This document shows, one piece after another, positions 48,001 to 61,339 of a stretch of 64,000 bases of DNA. Source of the stretch: Tubiluchus corallicola. Taxonomy: Eukaryota > Animalia > Priapulida. The stretch covers positions 372,001 through 436,000 of the forward strand of contig JAQGDQ010000165.1 in the NCBI GenBank assembly GCA_030141605.1, read 5' to 3'. The position numbers and the translations under genes were made by a program. The first letter of the stretch is position 1. Each line of letters begins with the position of its first letter. The notes under the pieces are model-generated. The model worked only from the letters and a program-made list of their open reading frames with translations, did not search any database and had not been told where the DNA came from.

Positions 48001-51000
48001 CGCAAATGCGTTGTCTGGCACACTTAATCTTTGACCTTTTCACGATCATCATCAATCGCTGGAACTGCGAAAAGGCTTATTTAGTAAGTGTTAATTGTTT
48101 TGTTTAGGATATGCGGGAGTAATTAACTATGGTGGACTTCGCATAGCCGGCTTGTCGGGTATTTATAAAGGTCCAGATTACTTGAAAGGTCATTTTGAGA
48201 AACCTCCATATTCGGAAGACACAAAAAGAAGTGTGTATCATATCCGTAACCTTGAAGTGTTTCGACTCAAACAGGTAAAACTCAAACAGTATAACATAAA
48301 AGCCACTTCTCTACAAAGTGACTTAAAATAAAAGCCTTAAAGGAAGGAACAAGTTATTCAGTATGTTGGGTTTATTTTACTGTTATCACTTAAACTGTTT
48401 GTGGTGTGCTAAAGGAAAGAACAAGTCATTCAGTATGTTGGGTTTATTTTACTGTTATCACTTAAACTGTTTGTGGTGTGCTAAAGGAAAGGACAAGTCA
48501 CTCAGTATGTTGGGTTTATTTTACTGTTATCACTTAAACTGTTTGTGGTGTGCTAAAGGAAAGAACAAGTCATTCAGTATGTTGGGTTAGTCTACTGTTA
48601 TCACTTAAACTGTTTGTGGTGTGCTAAAGGAAAGAACAAGTCACTCAGTATGTTGGGTTTATTTTACTGTTATCACTTAAACTGTTTGTGGTGTGCTAAA
48701 GGAAAGAACAAGTCACTCAGCATGTTGGGTTTATTTTACTGTTATCACTTAAACTGTTTCTGGTGTGCTAAAGGAAGGAACAAGTCATTCTGTATGGTGG
48801 GTTTATTTTACTGTTATCACTTAAACTGTTTATGGTGTGCTAAAGGAAAGAACAAGTCACTCAGCATGTTGGGTTTATTTTACTGTTATCACTTAAACTG
48901 TTTCTGGTGTGCTAAAGGAAGGAACAAGTCATTCTGTATGGTGGGTTTATTTTACTGTTATCACTTAAACTGTTTGTGGTGTGCTAAAGGAAAGGACAAG
49001 TCACTCAGCATGTTGGGTTTATTTTACTGTTATCACTTAAACTGTTTGTGGTGTGCTAAAGGAAAGGACAAGTCATTCAGTATGTTGGGTTTATTTTACT
49101 GTTTTCACTTAAACTGTTTGTGGTGTGCTAAAGGAAAGGACAAGTCATTCAGTATGTTGGGTTTATTTTGCTGTTATCACTCAAACTTAGAAAAATAGAA
49201 CGAAGAAATTTGTAAAAAACCATGTATAGAACCATGTATATTCTACCTCTGAATAGAAATTTTTAAGCCTCGTGGTTGCCGCCATTCACTTGAAAATCAT
49301 GACATAACTGGGAGACTTCGTGAGTTTTCCCGAGCGCATCCTGGCTTTCCGTAAATGCGCCCTGCTTAAACTAATTCAAACTTCTACAGCCTACCTAATG
49401 TTCATGCAAAAATATTACAAAATTATCTATCTATTTTTAGTAAAAACTTATTATACTTTTGACAAAGATTGACAGTGCACTACTTTTCTTCAAGACGAAT
49501 GACGTCACTGGAAGAAGAATGGGTATTGAAAATGGGAGCGTCCAAGCATGAAATGATCGAGACTTTAAAGTGATTTTACTAATTACACGAGACGCTTATT
49601 GCAGTTTTATTACTAAATCCTTCTAAAATTTTTTGTGAACATTGAAATAAGCCTTACCTCCTAGAATGCTTGACTTCTCCTTTAAAAGTTTCCAAGTTGC
49701 GAAGTATAATATTAGTTTTTGGCATTCTTTGCATTTTGCTCACTGCTTATGGATATTTTCTCGCTTTAGTTAAAAAAATAAAACGTCTTTAAATCTTCAT
49801 ATTTTTGATGAAAATTGTGCAATTAGTAAGTTAATGATATCCAGAATTAAGATCTCTGTTGGCTTGTTGTATCGTATATAATTAGTGCCACCTGCTGGAA
49901 AATAGTTATAAGTTTATTTATTTCCACTCTGCATCTAACAGTTATAATAAAAATACAGATAATTTCACTGAAGTAAATATAAATATAAATGCAATATAAT
50001 CCAGAAATTACAAAAGAATTACAGAATAATTTTGATGCATACAGTTTGAGCCTAAAAGCATAGCTTGACAGGCCAAACTGTACGTGGAAATCTTAAATAA
50101 GTGATTAATAATTGAAATAATGATAATATATACATAAAAAGTTGGGGGGGGGAGTAGTGAATGAAAAATGAAATGGAGCGAGAACTAAGAAAAACTGTGT
50201 CTCCTCTATTCCTCTCACAATAAGCGGCTCTTGGCATTTTATACTGTGTAGATATTTTCAAGGTCGCCAGCAGGCGGAAGCACTGAAGCACGTACAGCCA
50301 GAGAATTTCTTAAATTATAAATTTTTTTTGTAGGTAAATAAAAAATTTTTAGCAATAAACCAAGAAACGCATCAATCCTTGTTTCTCTGGGCAATGATGA
50401 GTTTTAAACTAGTGAACTTGCCTTAAGAAACAGCTTCTAGCAACCGCATAATGGTCTAAAATGCAGTAAAATACACGTGTGGCCGAGACGTTCTGTCGTT
50501 TAGCTGTGTCTGGTGGGAAAAATTAGCACGCATGCAACTTTTGTATGGACAGTGGTCAGTGGGTGGACTGTAAACTGAACAGTCTCAAATCAGTTTTACG
50601 TTTGACTGTCCACATTTTGCTGGATAGATAATCTTGACACTAAATAAATTAAGCTTAACTAATGGGTCATCCGCATTGCAGTATATTACGAACTTGCTTT
50701 TAACATATATGAATACTACAATAGAATACAATGAATATTACCTGGGTAAATGTAGGTAAAATGTATTTATTAAAGCAGAATTTTTCATGTTTAAGGAAGT
50801 CTGTGTACCAGAATTTAGATCTCATTTGAGGCCTCCAAATTGTGCTTAAATACAGGAAAATTCCTTGTTGGCCGGGGTTCCTCCCTGGTGCCCGCTGGGG
50901 GAGTTTACAGACCCCCCAGACCTCCTAGCTGCTTGTGTGTCAGGTTTTTTAAACTCTGCCGGCGCCCTTGGATATTTTATTTTGTATGAACTTTAATGTG

Positions 51001-54000
51001 GTCTGTGACTTCTGCATCAATGTTTGGTGATACTTAAGTGTTTAAGTGAGTTCTAAGTTTCGGTGATGTGTAATATGTAATTTTTTTTTGTATGTTGGGT
51101 ACAGTTTACAATATTATCTGTTGAATAATATGCCCTTTCACAGTTCCAGCGATTGATGATGATCATGAAGCGATCAAAGGTTAGGTGTGCCAGACAAAAC
51201 ATTTGTGTACACTTGACAACGCCTCGCAGCTCATGCTGTTGTAATAGTAACAGTTTTAACACCTACCTAGAACTTTACCTAGTTCATTTTTTCTTGTTCC
51301 CAAGCAAGATCACATTAGCAAATCACTCTACATACAGATTAATGCAAAATAAGTAAAGTCCATGTAAAACAACTGAAGTTTCTGAACTGATGCTGCAGAC
51401 AGTTTTGCTTTATTCACATGTCACGTGACAGTTGTAGTCAAGATGCATTGCTGCGGCACACTTGACCTTTGACCTACAGCAAATGCGCTTTTAGTTAACA
51501 AACTTTTATTTGACTAGCTATCAGGAAACATTGACATAATGTTTTCTCACGATTGGCCGAGAGGAATCTATCACCATGGCAACGTGAAACAGCTCTTGCG
51601 TGCCAAGCCATTTTTTCGAGAAGATGTGGAAAACAACAAGCTGGGTTGTCGCCCCGCGGAGGAACTTATGCACAGATTACAACCTACGTATTGGTTTGCC
51701 GCTCACTTACATGTAAAATTTGCAGCTCTAGTGGAATTTGAGGTAAACACTAGTTTGCAACTGACCTTAGCTTCTCACAAATGTGACAGTGATAGAAAAA
51801 GTTTATCCTTTTTAGTAATTCGTGCTACTTTAAGCTAGTTGCGTGTCTTTAAACGTTGTTGCACTCATATCTCGGTTTCTCAGACGTCACTTTTATGGAT
51901 ATCAGAAGAATCGGACAAAATCTGGACTGTAAAAAAAACTCCTGCATACGACATACACAATTTGTTCTTTCGCAAGCTGACAGATAGTTGGCAAGCCATC
52001 ACTTTGTTTACATCATTACATCAGTGTAACCAAGCAGCATGTCACTTTGTTTACATCATTACATCAGTGTAACCAAGCAGCGTGTAGCGACACGTGTGTA
52101 GCTTGTATGTCAGCTTGTTCAAGTGGTTTTAATTAGCAGAGTTATTTCAGTCAATTGCTGACAGTTTTATACACTTTTGCATAATTGCATGTGGGAGACC
52201 CGAACTAGACGTTTTTGAGACAATTAGGCGATTGATTCTACATTATCGTGAGTCTAAGACACGGCACCTACTGTATTAGTTCAGTATCGGTAAATACGGA
52301 CAATCGGCAAATTTGGACCAACGTCTCTGACAAACCGAGCGATGAGTCTATTATGCACAGTGTTTTATGTGTGTCATGCTGTCTTATGCTGTGTCATGCT
52401 GTTTTATGTGTGTCATGCTGTCTTATGTTGTGTCATGCTGTCTTATGTGTGTCATGCTGTCTTATGTTGTGTCATGCTGTCTTATGTTGTTTGTGTCATG
52501 CTATCTTATGTTGTGTCATGCTGTCTTATGCTGTGTCATGCTGTCTTATGTTGTGTCATGCTGTCTTCTTATGTGTGTCATGCTGTCTTATGTGTGTCAT
52601 GCTGTCTTATGTTGTGTCATGCTGTCTTATGCTGTGTCATGCTGTTTTATGTGTGTCATGCTGTCTTATGCTGTGTCATGCTGTCTTATGTGTGTCATGC
52701 TGTCTTATGTTGTGTCATGCTGTCTTATGTGTGTCATGCTGTCTTATGTTGTGTCATGCTGTCTTATGTGTGTCATGCTGTCTTATGTTGTTTGTGTCAT
52801 GCTGTCTTATGTTGTGTCATGCTGTCTTAAGTTTTTTATAAATTCAATTCATTGTGGAATAGTGTATAAAACTCAGGCTAAAGTTTACAATTCCCCACAC
52901 ACAAGAAATTAGTTCTTGAATCGAATTACGATTAGGGTTGGGATTAGTGTTTGGATTAGGGTTAGGTTTAGGATTAAGGTTAGAAGTAGTGTTTGTGTTA
53001 GGGTTGGGTTAGCATTAGTGTTTGGATTAGGGTTGGGATTAGTGTTTGGATTAGGGTTAGGTTTAGGATTAAGGTTAGAAGTAGTGTTTGGGTTAGGGGT
53101 GGGATAGCATTAGTGTTTGGATTAGGGTTAGGGTTAGGATTAGTGTTTGGGTTAGGGTTAGGGTTGGGTTAGCATTAGTGTTAGGGTTAGGATTGAGGTT
53201 AGGATTAGTGTTAGGGTTAGGATTGAGGTTAGCATTAGTGTTTGGGTTAGGGTTAGGATTGAGGTTAGCATTAGTGTTAGGGTTAGGGTTAGGATTGAGG
53301 TTAGGATTAGTGTTTGGGTTAGGGTTAGGATTGAGGTTAGGATTAGTGTTTGGGTTAGGGTTGGGTTAGCATTAGTGTTTGGATTAGGGTTAGGGTTAGG
53401 ATTGAGGTTAGGATTACTGTTTGGGTTAGGGTTGGGTTAGGATTAGGGTTGGGTTAGGGTTAGGGTTAGGGTTAGGGTTAGGGTTAGGGTTAGGGTTAGG
53501 ATTAGGGTTTGGGTTAGGGTTAGGGTTAGGATTAGTGGTTAGGATTAGGGTTAGGATTGAGGTTAGGATTAGTGTTTGGGTTAGGGTTGGGTTAGCATTA
53601 GTGTTTGGGTTAGGGTTAGGGTTAGGGTTAAGGTTAGGGTTAGGGTTGGGTTAGGATTAGGGTTAGGGTTAGGGTTGGGTTAGCATTAGTGTTTGGATTA
53701 GGGTTAGGGTTAGGATTGAGGTTAGGATTACTGTTTGGGTTAGGGTTGGGTTAGCATTAGTGTTTGGATTAGGGTTAGGGTTAGGATTAGTGTTTGGGTT
53801 AGGGTTGGGTTAGGATTACTGTTTGGGTTAGGGTTGGGTTAGCATTAGTGTTTGGATTAGGGTTAGGGTTAGGATTAGGGTTAGGATTAGGGTTTGGGTT
53901 AGGGTTGGGTTAGGGTTAGTGTTTGGATTAGGGTTAGGGTTAGGATTAGGATTAGGCTATTTAAATTGTGTGGGGAATTGTAAACTCCAATATTTGAATG

Positions 54001-57000
54001 TCGTATGTTTTTAAGAGCATATAATTCTTATATTTCATATTTTTTCTATACCAACAAAGTCATATTTTTATATACAAACAAATTGTATACATAAAATTGT
54101 TTTATTTGTATGTATAATAACTCTTTCACTTTTATCATCATCAAACAGAATGAGGGTGAAGAGAGAGAAAGAAAAAAGACGCATTTTCTCGCGCTGGACA
54201 AATGTTTACCTAAACGAAAGTTTTTGCAGGTACGCATTCCATGTTTCATACCAAAACAGACCAGTTTTGAAAAAAAGTTTATTTAAAATGAGTTTGATTT
54301 CAGTTATTAATGGTTGAAGATACTTTTTATTTAATCTTGATTTTATGGTGCAGAAAACCTTGACGAAGTCGATTTTCGTAGTTAATGAGCCTTTTTCCAG
54401 TTTCGTTGAGAGCACGCGCAATTGGTGTAGGTCAAAGGTCAAGTGTACCACAGCAACGCGTCTTAACTACAACCCTTACATGACATGTGGGTAAAGCAAA
54501 ACCGTCTGCTGCATCAGTTTAGTAACTTCAATTCTTTTACGTGGACTTTGCTTAATTATGCATTAGTCTGTGCATAGAGTGATTTACTAGCAGGATCTTG
54601 CTTGGCAACAAGAAAAAATGAACTAGGTAAGATTCTAGCTAGCAGTTAAAACTGTTAGTATTACAAAAGCATGGGCTGCAAAGCATCGTCAAATGTACAC
54701 AAATGCGATGTCTGTTACACTTAACCTTTGACCTTTCCACGATCATCATCAATCACTGAAACTGTGAAAAGGCTTGTTTATTGTTAATCTGATACGCACA
54801 GTTCTCCATTTTTTTGGTGTTAAAGCGTGTTTTTAGTAAAAATGAATGAATTGCCATTAAATTTTAGTTTACTGGTTGGTGCTGCACAAAACTTGCTTTC
54901 TCACAAGAAGCAACTCAAACCTCATTCAATTTAAATAAAAAAAACTTAATTGGTTATAAAATTACTTATCGATTAAAGTTGATCACACTGAAGTTTCTGA
55001 ATAAATGCAGTATTAATAGTTGTAATATATGTTTAAAGGCGTGTTCACACTATTGCATGTTCACATGATTATGTGTGTAGGTTGTAGACATCCCGTATGA
55101 AGACACGAGTCCTTTTAGTTTAAAGTATGATGTTGAATGGTTGTCAATTTTACGAAACACGAATCACTTGTTGAGCTTGAAGAAGAGTACCGTTTACATG
55201 CCCGGGCCGGGCTGTGCGGAGAGGTGAGTGGATAGATTACAGTAATTCCTCGTTTAACGACGCTAATACGTTCCGGCAAAATGTGACGTTAAGCGAAACG
55301 TCGTTAAACGAAGTCGAGACTTCCATAGAAAATAACGTGAAATAATTAAAATATGTTTCCGAGTCAAAATCAGTGCTGCTTAAATCACATAAATAAAACA
55401 CTTTATGAATTTTATTCGTATTTTTGCTGATTAATTTCTTTCTGTTTGCTTGAACCACCTGTCTTTATTACTAATATCTAGTTAGACCTGGGGGTTAAAA
55501 GGGGGATCGTTAAAAGGAGGGTTAAAAGGGGGATCGTTAACCACCGTGGCTATTTGTAGTTTTGAGGTCGAAAGCTGACATTCGTATGTGAAATAAAAAC
55601 ACGTGTAATATAACTTGCTATTAGATGTTCCTAATTTATATATAATTAGTTTTTATTTCCTGTTATTTTCTTTTGTATTCAAAGGGGAGGGTGTTATGAC
55701 GCTAAAGTTGTCGCTGGGGTGTTTTGGGGAGAGCCAACAACCGACATTGGCAGGTTTATCAGACTGTTTTTGTGGTTGCGATGTTTGTGTTAAACAGATG
55801 AAATCATTGGATGAAAACATGGTTTAACTTTGCAATCCGTATTTTACTCAAAATCATAGTCTCATAGTCAATCCACATTGGTTTAACTTTGCAATCCGTA
55901 TTTTACTCAAAATCATAGTCTCATAGTCAATCCACATTGGTTTAACTTTGCAATCCGTATTTTACTCAAAATCATAGTCTCATAGTCAATCCACATTGGT
56001 TTAACTTTGCAATCTGTATTTTACTCAAAATCATAGTCTCATAGTCAATCCACATTGGTTTAACTTTGCAATCTGTATTTTACTCAAAATCATAGTCTCA
56101 TAGTCAATCCACATTGGTTTAACTTTGCAATCTGTATTTTACTCAAAATCATAGTCTCATAGTCAATCCACATTGGTTTAACTGTGCAATCCGTATTTTA
56201 CTCAAAATCATAGTCTCATAGTCAATCCACATTGGTTTAACTTTGCAATCTGTATTTTACTCAAAATCATAGTCTCATAGTCAATCCACATTGGTTTAAC
56301 TTTGCAATCTGTATTTTACTCAAAATCATAGTCTCATAGTCAATCTACATATACAGGAAAATGGTAAACATAATCAACAGTAGTAAACAAAAGTTAAAGT
56401 AAATCCATCAGCCAATATATCATGGCACCTGAGTGAAAACGTTATTATAACCACACAACTGTTTAAGCCTATTGCTTGTCCTCTCATCTTGCTACCAAGT
56501 CAAGAGTAGTAGTTATTCACAGAGAAGCCCAGTAACTCAGTTCTATACAAACATATAGCAGTAGCAAGCACATACATATATTGGAAACTTCAAAGTGTAC
56601 AGACAGATGTCAGCACTGACTTAGTGGTAGTGAAAAACAAAAATTTAAAACTACAAATCAAAATTATTAATAAACTGTAAATTAAATGCTCGCATCTGCG
56701 ACAGAGGGGGTACAGAATAACAGTTTCTCGGGGTTTAATGTGCAACTTCCCTTACTAATTATATGTATCTAGTTTATTATTAATGTTGATTTTTTTGTGC
56801 ATTTACGCAGGGGCGGTGAGAAATCAAGGATTCCATGAGGGGGTCAATGATGTAAAACGTTTGGGGAACCCCTGATCTCAGATTGGGGAGCCCCTGATCT
56901 CAGATTGGGGAACCCCTGATCTCAGATTGGGGAGCCCCTGATCTCAGATTGGGGAACCCCTGATCTCAGATTGGGGAACTCAGATTGGGAGCCCCTGCCT

Positions 57001-57627
57001 CAGATGATTAAATTTGTTTCAAATTTTTGCAGGTGGAATTTCACACCAACCGAAGAGGAGTTGAAAGTGGTAATTAGATTATTTTCCAGTGGACTGGAAA
57101 TTCCCAGTAACTTTCAACAGACTGTCCCCCCGTTTTCTAACTACGATCCGAAAAAAGCGCCCCCTGCCGCGTGTTTGGTGAATCCGCAGACTACGGCATT
57201 GTGTGTAAGACTTGGTTTGACTGATCCTCATAGTGTTTTTACTGGCGTTCAGACTGAAGGTAGTGTGAACAGAGCCGCAAACGAGCCGAGAAATCCTGAC
57301 GAAATCGATGTGACCCTGGTCAGTGCGACGGACGATACGTTCGCTTCGACCAGTCAAGATGAGAGCTTTGTCGATTTCTCTCATGCGACCTCGGACAGTT
57401 CCGTATTCGAACCGCTCAACAGCTCTAGTGATTTTGTACCGCCGCAGTTCTTGCCGCGCGAACACGGAAGCTCGCTGGAGTCGAGCTACGAACAGGAATC
57501 GAAGGGCGGCGACTGCACGTCGGAATCCGAGAAACGGTTGAGCGGAGACGCGGAATACGTGGAATCTCCGGCGAGGAAATTTAAGAGAAGGAATGCTGCT
57601 GTTTATCAAAACGAGGACAGTTCTTAG
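38955..57627 (+). CDS. DBR1: RNA lariat debranching enzyme; 8 coding exons, about 510 aa
   Basis: Exons: 38955-39044, 44328-44434, 45617-45741, 48108-48274, 51518-51742, 54149-54229, 55081-55223, 57033-57627; sum 1533 nt with consistent phases. Motifs [42 protein letters not shown] and C-terminal KRRN. Confidence 0.97.
40612..41743 (+). pseudogene. Intronless ankyrin-repeat plus SOCS-box (ASB-like) gene nested in DBR1 intron 1; split by one frameshift near 41305-41316
   Basis: ORF 40612..41319 has ankyrin motifs ([41 protein letters not shown]). ORF 41330..41743, in another frame, ends with [15 protein letters not shown]...[11 protein letters not shown] (BC-box and Cul-box like). The frameshift could be a sequencing error. 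Confidence 0.7.
43400..43930 (-). mobile_element. 5S rRNA-derived SINE (SINE3), second copy; 5S-like head 43811-43929
   Basis: Reverse complement aligns to 19354-19905 with short internal deletions. Confidence 0.85.
44080..44282. repeat. Palindromic foldback or MITE just upstream of DBR1 exon 2
   Basis: CTTAGCAGTTTCCATGGTAACAGAGAGTAGTT and its exact reverse complement, with weaker outer arms. Confidence 0.75.
44328..44434 (+). CDS. DBR1: DBR1 exon 2 ([15 protein letters not shown]...)
   Basis: CGDFQ motif; AA|GTAAGT donor. Confidence 0.95.
45617..45741 (+). CDS. DBR1: DBR1 exon 3 ([41 protein letters not shown])
   Basis: GNHE metallophosphoesterase motif. Confidence 0.96.
46115..46230. repeat. 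About 19-bp AT-rich minisatellite
   Basis: TAGTACTATTATTACTTAA repeated. Confidence 0.8.
46225..47465 (-). mobile_element. tRNA-derived SINE interrupted by two nested insertions
   Basis: Head at 47310-47465; tail pieces at 46860-46912 and 46225-46260 match 19911-20008. Confidence 0.7.
46913..47304. mobile_element. hAT-type MITE
   Basis: TIR TAGGGGTGA...TCACCCCTA; 8-bp TSD CATAACAG; TTCGAA-rich subtermini. Confidence 0.85.
48108..48274 (+). CDS. DBR1: DBR1 exon 4 ([20 protein letters not shown]...RSVYHIR)
   Basis: Within ORF 48095..48331; CAG|GTAAAA donor. Confidence 0.95.
48338..49181. repeat. 72-bp minisatellite, about 11.7 copies, in DBR1 intron 4
   Basis: 24-codon periodicity in spurious ORFs 48363 and 48614. 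Confidence 0.93.
51518..51742 (+). CDS. DBR1: DBR1 exon 5 (SHDWPRG...[11 protein letters not shown])
   Basis: Overlaps ORF 51539..51838; GAG|GTAAAC donor. Confidence 0.95.
52358..52829. repeat. 18-21-bp minisatellite
   Basis: GTGTCATGCTGTCTTATG(T/C)T repeated. Confidence 0.9.
52882..53986 (+). repeat. Interstitial TTAGGG-like tract flanked by perfect 20-bp inverted repeats
   Basis: AGTTTACAATTCCCCACACA at 52882-52901 and its reverse complement at 53967-53986. Confidence 0.9.
54149..54229 (+). CDS. DBR1: DBR1 exon 6 ([27 protein letters not shown])
   Basis: FLALDKCLP motif; phase 0-0. Confidence 0.93.
55081..55223 (+). CDS. DBR1: DBR1 exon 7 (VVDIPY...[12 protein letters not shown]...MPGPG)
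   Basis: YDxEWL motif; AG|GTGAGT donor. Confidence 0.93.
55820..56350. repeat. 59-bp x9 minisatellite
   Basis: GGTTTAACTTTGCAATC at 55821, 55880 and onward. Confidence 0.92.
56860..56997. repeat. 26-bp minisatellite, about 5 copies, upstream of the last DBR1 exon
   Basis: Unit TTGGGGA(A/G)CCCCTGATCTCAGA. Confidence 0.85.
57033..57627 (+). CDS. DBR1: DBR1 last exon ([10 protein letters not shown]...NPQT...NPDEI...FKRRN...*)
   Basis: Within ORF 56971..57627; TTTTTGCAG| acceptor. Confidence 0.93.
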
Positions 57628-60156
57628 CCTTTAGACAAACGACTTTGTAATTTTGGCTCGATTGTTTTTAGCTCTTTCAGTTTTTAAACAAAGTTCACAC
57701 TGTGCTTCATTTAGTTACCTATATAACTGTTTATCGATATACTACGTGAGAATAGGTATGTTTGTGTAAGTAGTATAGGTATGTTACCATGCTATGTTCC
57801 GCTTTTTAACTTAAACTTGGTATTTTTTATTGTAAACGAATTTTAATCGAGAAAAAGGTGCACAGATTTGCAGAATTTAATTTAAGAGTATTCAAGTATA
57901 AGCCTCATGATAATCTATCATGTTTAATTGTTTTAAAGCTTGTGGTTCTCTTGTGTGTGTTGGCCTGGTTCTATGGTAGTAGCTGTTAATGACATGTAAG
58001 GAACATTAATATGGTAAACTAGGTGTGACTCGAACACCTCGGGACCAGAAAATTTGTTTGAGTTCTGCGAGGGTACGAGTTAGACAATGTTCGTAAGAAA
58101 ACAAGATTGAGTCACTCATCAATGTCAGACAATGCACTAGTAACACTACAGACTATGAAAATGACAAACTGAGCCTTTAATTTAGTATATTTGAATATAG
58201 TACACATACAAAACAAACTGAACTGCATACTGGGCGCAAATATGTCTGGAAAAGTTGCGTTTGGCAAAACGGGTGTAAAAATTGAAAATTACGAACCATT
58301 TATTAAATTTGGGCAAATTTGACAATTGTCACATTTTGTGTTTGATTCTTGGCGTACAGTATCTTATAATTATAATAATTATTATTATGTCAGGTAGTAA
58401 ATGTATTAAAGGTGATAGTTGTAGTCGAATTATTTCAATATAAAAGAAAAAATGTTCACAAAAAACTCTTAAATTAAAGAAAAAAATGCGACATTTCAAC
58501 CAAGTTTTTCGTGTTTTTCTGTTTTTCCATTGTGGGATTTTTTTATTAATACAGTATACTACGTTTGACTCGAACACCTCGGAACTGAAAAAATTTGTTT
58601 GAATTATGCGAGGGTACGAGTTAGACAATGTTCGTAAGAAAACAAGATTGAGTCGCTCATCAACGTTGAACAATGCACTAGTAACACTACAGCCTGTGAA
58701 AATGTCTTACTGATCCTTTAATCAAATATCAATTTTTATGAATAATGAAAAATAAAATGACTGGTCCACCTCTATTGTAGTCTGAGTAGCATGGTTAATA
58801 GAATTCAGCAGTAATAACACTGTGATCTACATTAAACCACGTTTGTTAAGCCATGCTGTGTTCAGCATTCTGCTAAGGTAATACAAGAAATCTTAGCATG
58901 GTTAATAGAATTTAACAATAATAATATTGTGATCTACATTAAACTACGTTTGTTAAGCCACGTTGAGTGCAGCGTTCAGAATTGTACCACGAATTCGGTT
59001 CAAGATATGCAATAATTTGAGTTACACGATATTTGTTAAAGGGGAAATCCCATTCCACGAGAACTGTTCGAGATACGCAAGAATTTGAGTTATACCAGTC
59101 CGAGTTATACGTGGTAGGTTTCAAGGTTTCAAGAGTTTATTCATGGGTTAAACATATCTATTCTTGTTAATTATCTCCATGTTGATTCCTTTTTAGTAAC
59201 TAGGTTGTTTAAAAGTAATGCACGGGTGAGTTTAACGTCGTACAAATGATTCTTGTGATTTTCTAATGCACTATGGAAGCCTTTTTATGAGTGTATATGT
59301 GAAAACACTTTATATTTTTGTACCTGATAACAAACTACCTTTGAAAATACCTGAAATGTTATTACTATATTCATGTATATTTGTTAAAACCTTAAAGATT
59401 TTATGCACAAACTACTTGTGGTGGGCAAGATAATGGATAAATTGTTAGATTGGATAATGGTTTAATCACTACAGCTGCTTATCAGTGATGCAGACCAGAC
59501 ATAGTTTTGTACGACAGCATTGCTGTTAAGCCTAACGTTTAGCTGTTTCAATGCTGTCTGTCTTGTTGCTATGCATAAATTAATGATGGTTGCTATTGGT
59601 AGCTTATGCACTTGCTATAATAATCTATAAGTGCTGTTGAAGAAACAGGCAGTTTTTGGCTATTGCAATTATGTATGTTTGACACTGTAGTTTTACAGAA
59701 GATTGAAAGGGCTATTTTCATTTACAAGTGAGTATATTTAGACATACTAGCAAACAGTTTAAGTAATTTCTGGTAGCCAATTAGCACTTCAATCTTAAAT
59801 ACGGGTTATTGAATCGATAAACGTTCATGAAGCTCAAAGAGACTATGTGGCATTTAGAGATGAAATACCGGTCTTAAGTTAGTAATAGCTTTGTACTCAA
59901 AAATTTGTCGTATTTCAATGTAAATACAATAGAGAATTCAGTGCTATGCAAAATTTTTCTTAGTTTAATGTGTAAATTTCGTGTTGCATTAAATATATTT
60001 GACCGGTTTGCACTTTAGGTATAATTGAACAACGGTTGCAATACCTGTAGGCTGGTATCTTTGCTTTAACTTTTACGTAGTAATAAAGCTCATAGTACAA
60101 TAGGTTAAATTTGTAAGTAATTTTACCCAGTACACTGCTGTTGTGTTTATTAGTTA

Positions 60157-60542
60157 ATAAGCCTTTTCACAGTTTCGTTGTGCACAGGCGCATTTGTTGT
60201 AGGTGAAATGTTAAGTGTACCACAGCAGCGCATCTTAACTACAACCTACTGACATGTTGCTAGAGCAAAGCCATCTGCTGCATCAGTTCAGTCTCTTCAA
60301 TTGTTTTACGTGGACTTTACTTAATTAGCATTAGCCAGTGCATAGAGGGATTTACTAGCAGGATCTTGCTTGGGAACAAGACAAAATGCACTAGGGAAGG
60401 TTCTAGCTGTTAAAACTGTTACTATTACAATAGCTTGGGGTCCGAGGTGTTGTCAAGTGTACACAAATGCGTTGTCTGGTACACTTAACCTTTGACCCTT
60501 TCACGATCATCATCAATCGCTGGAACTGTGAAAAGGCTTATT
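60157..60542. mobile_element. MITE family of about 385 bp; other copies near 22980-23348, 47698-48081, 51125-51490 (reverse) and 54385-54780
   Basis: TIR AATAAGCCTTTTCACAGTT...AACTGTGAAAAGGCTTATT; five alignable copies in the window. Confidence 0.8.
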
Positions 60543-60828
60543 AGTTAAAAACCCTAAACATGAAATTCAGTTTCTGATTTCTTTGTCATAAATTTTGTTT
60601 TTACGTTTATTCAACGAGACTCGAAAGTTCCCTCTTCAACTAAAGTATATTCTTGGCAATAATCACAATAACATTTTGATAATTTAATGACGTTTTTTAC
60701 TTAAAGACCATTTTAGATAAACGAAATAAACCAGAACTTTTAGATAGCATTAAGTTTTAGGATAACTACTAAAAATCATAAGACAGTGGTACTTTCAAAC
60801 TGGTGAATTAATGTCGTTGCTAAACAAG

Positions 60829-61339
60829 GTCCTTGTTAATGTCTGCTAGTTTTTAATGTTCAAGTGTCTAAATCACTCAAAACTAGTTGTTAATGTCTGC
60901 TAGTTTTTTTATGTTAAAGTGTCTAAATCACTCAAAACTAACTGTTAATGTCCTTGTTAATGTCTGCTAGTTTTTATGTTCAAGTGTCTAAATCACTCAA
61001 AACTAACTGTTAAATGTCCTTGTTAATGTCTGCTAGTTTTTTATGTTCAAGTGTCTAAATCACTCAAAACTAACTGTTAAATGTTCTTGTTAATGTCTAC
61101 TAGTTTTTATGTTCAAGTGTCTAAATCACTCAAAAATACCTGTTAATGTCCTTGTTAATGTCTGCTAGTTTTTTTTATGTTCAAGCGTATAAATCACTCA
61201 AAACTAGTTCTTAATGTCCTTGTTAATGTCTACTAGTTTTTTGTGTTCAAGTGTCTAAATCACTCAAAACTAACTGTTAAATGTCCTTGTTAATGTCTGC
61301 TAGTTTTTTGTGTTCAAGTGTCTAAATCACTCAAAACTA
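60829..61339. repeat. About 62-bp x8 minisatellite
   Basis: GTTCAAGTGTCTAAATCACTCAAAAC repeated. Confidence 0.88.

Noticed and set aside
48363-49198. Cys/His repeat ORFs resembling zinc fingers
   Set aside because: 72-bp intronic minisatellite interrupted by a stop; not connected to the DBR1 frame
52248-53369. Cys-rich and LGLG ORFs
   Set aside because: Translations of simple and telomere-like repeats
52930-53958. True telomere or chromosome fusion site
   Set aside because: Single orientation, degenerate, inside a gene and bounded by inverted repeats
57079-57609. 176-aa antisense ORF
   Set aside because: Shadow of the GC-richer last DBR1 exon
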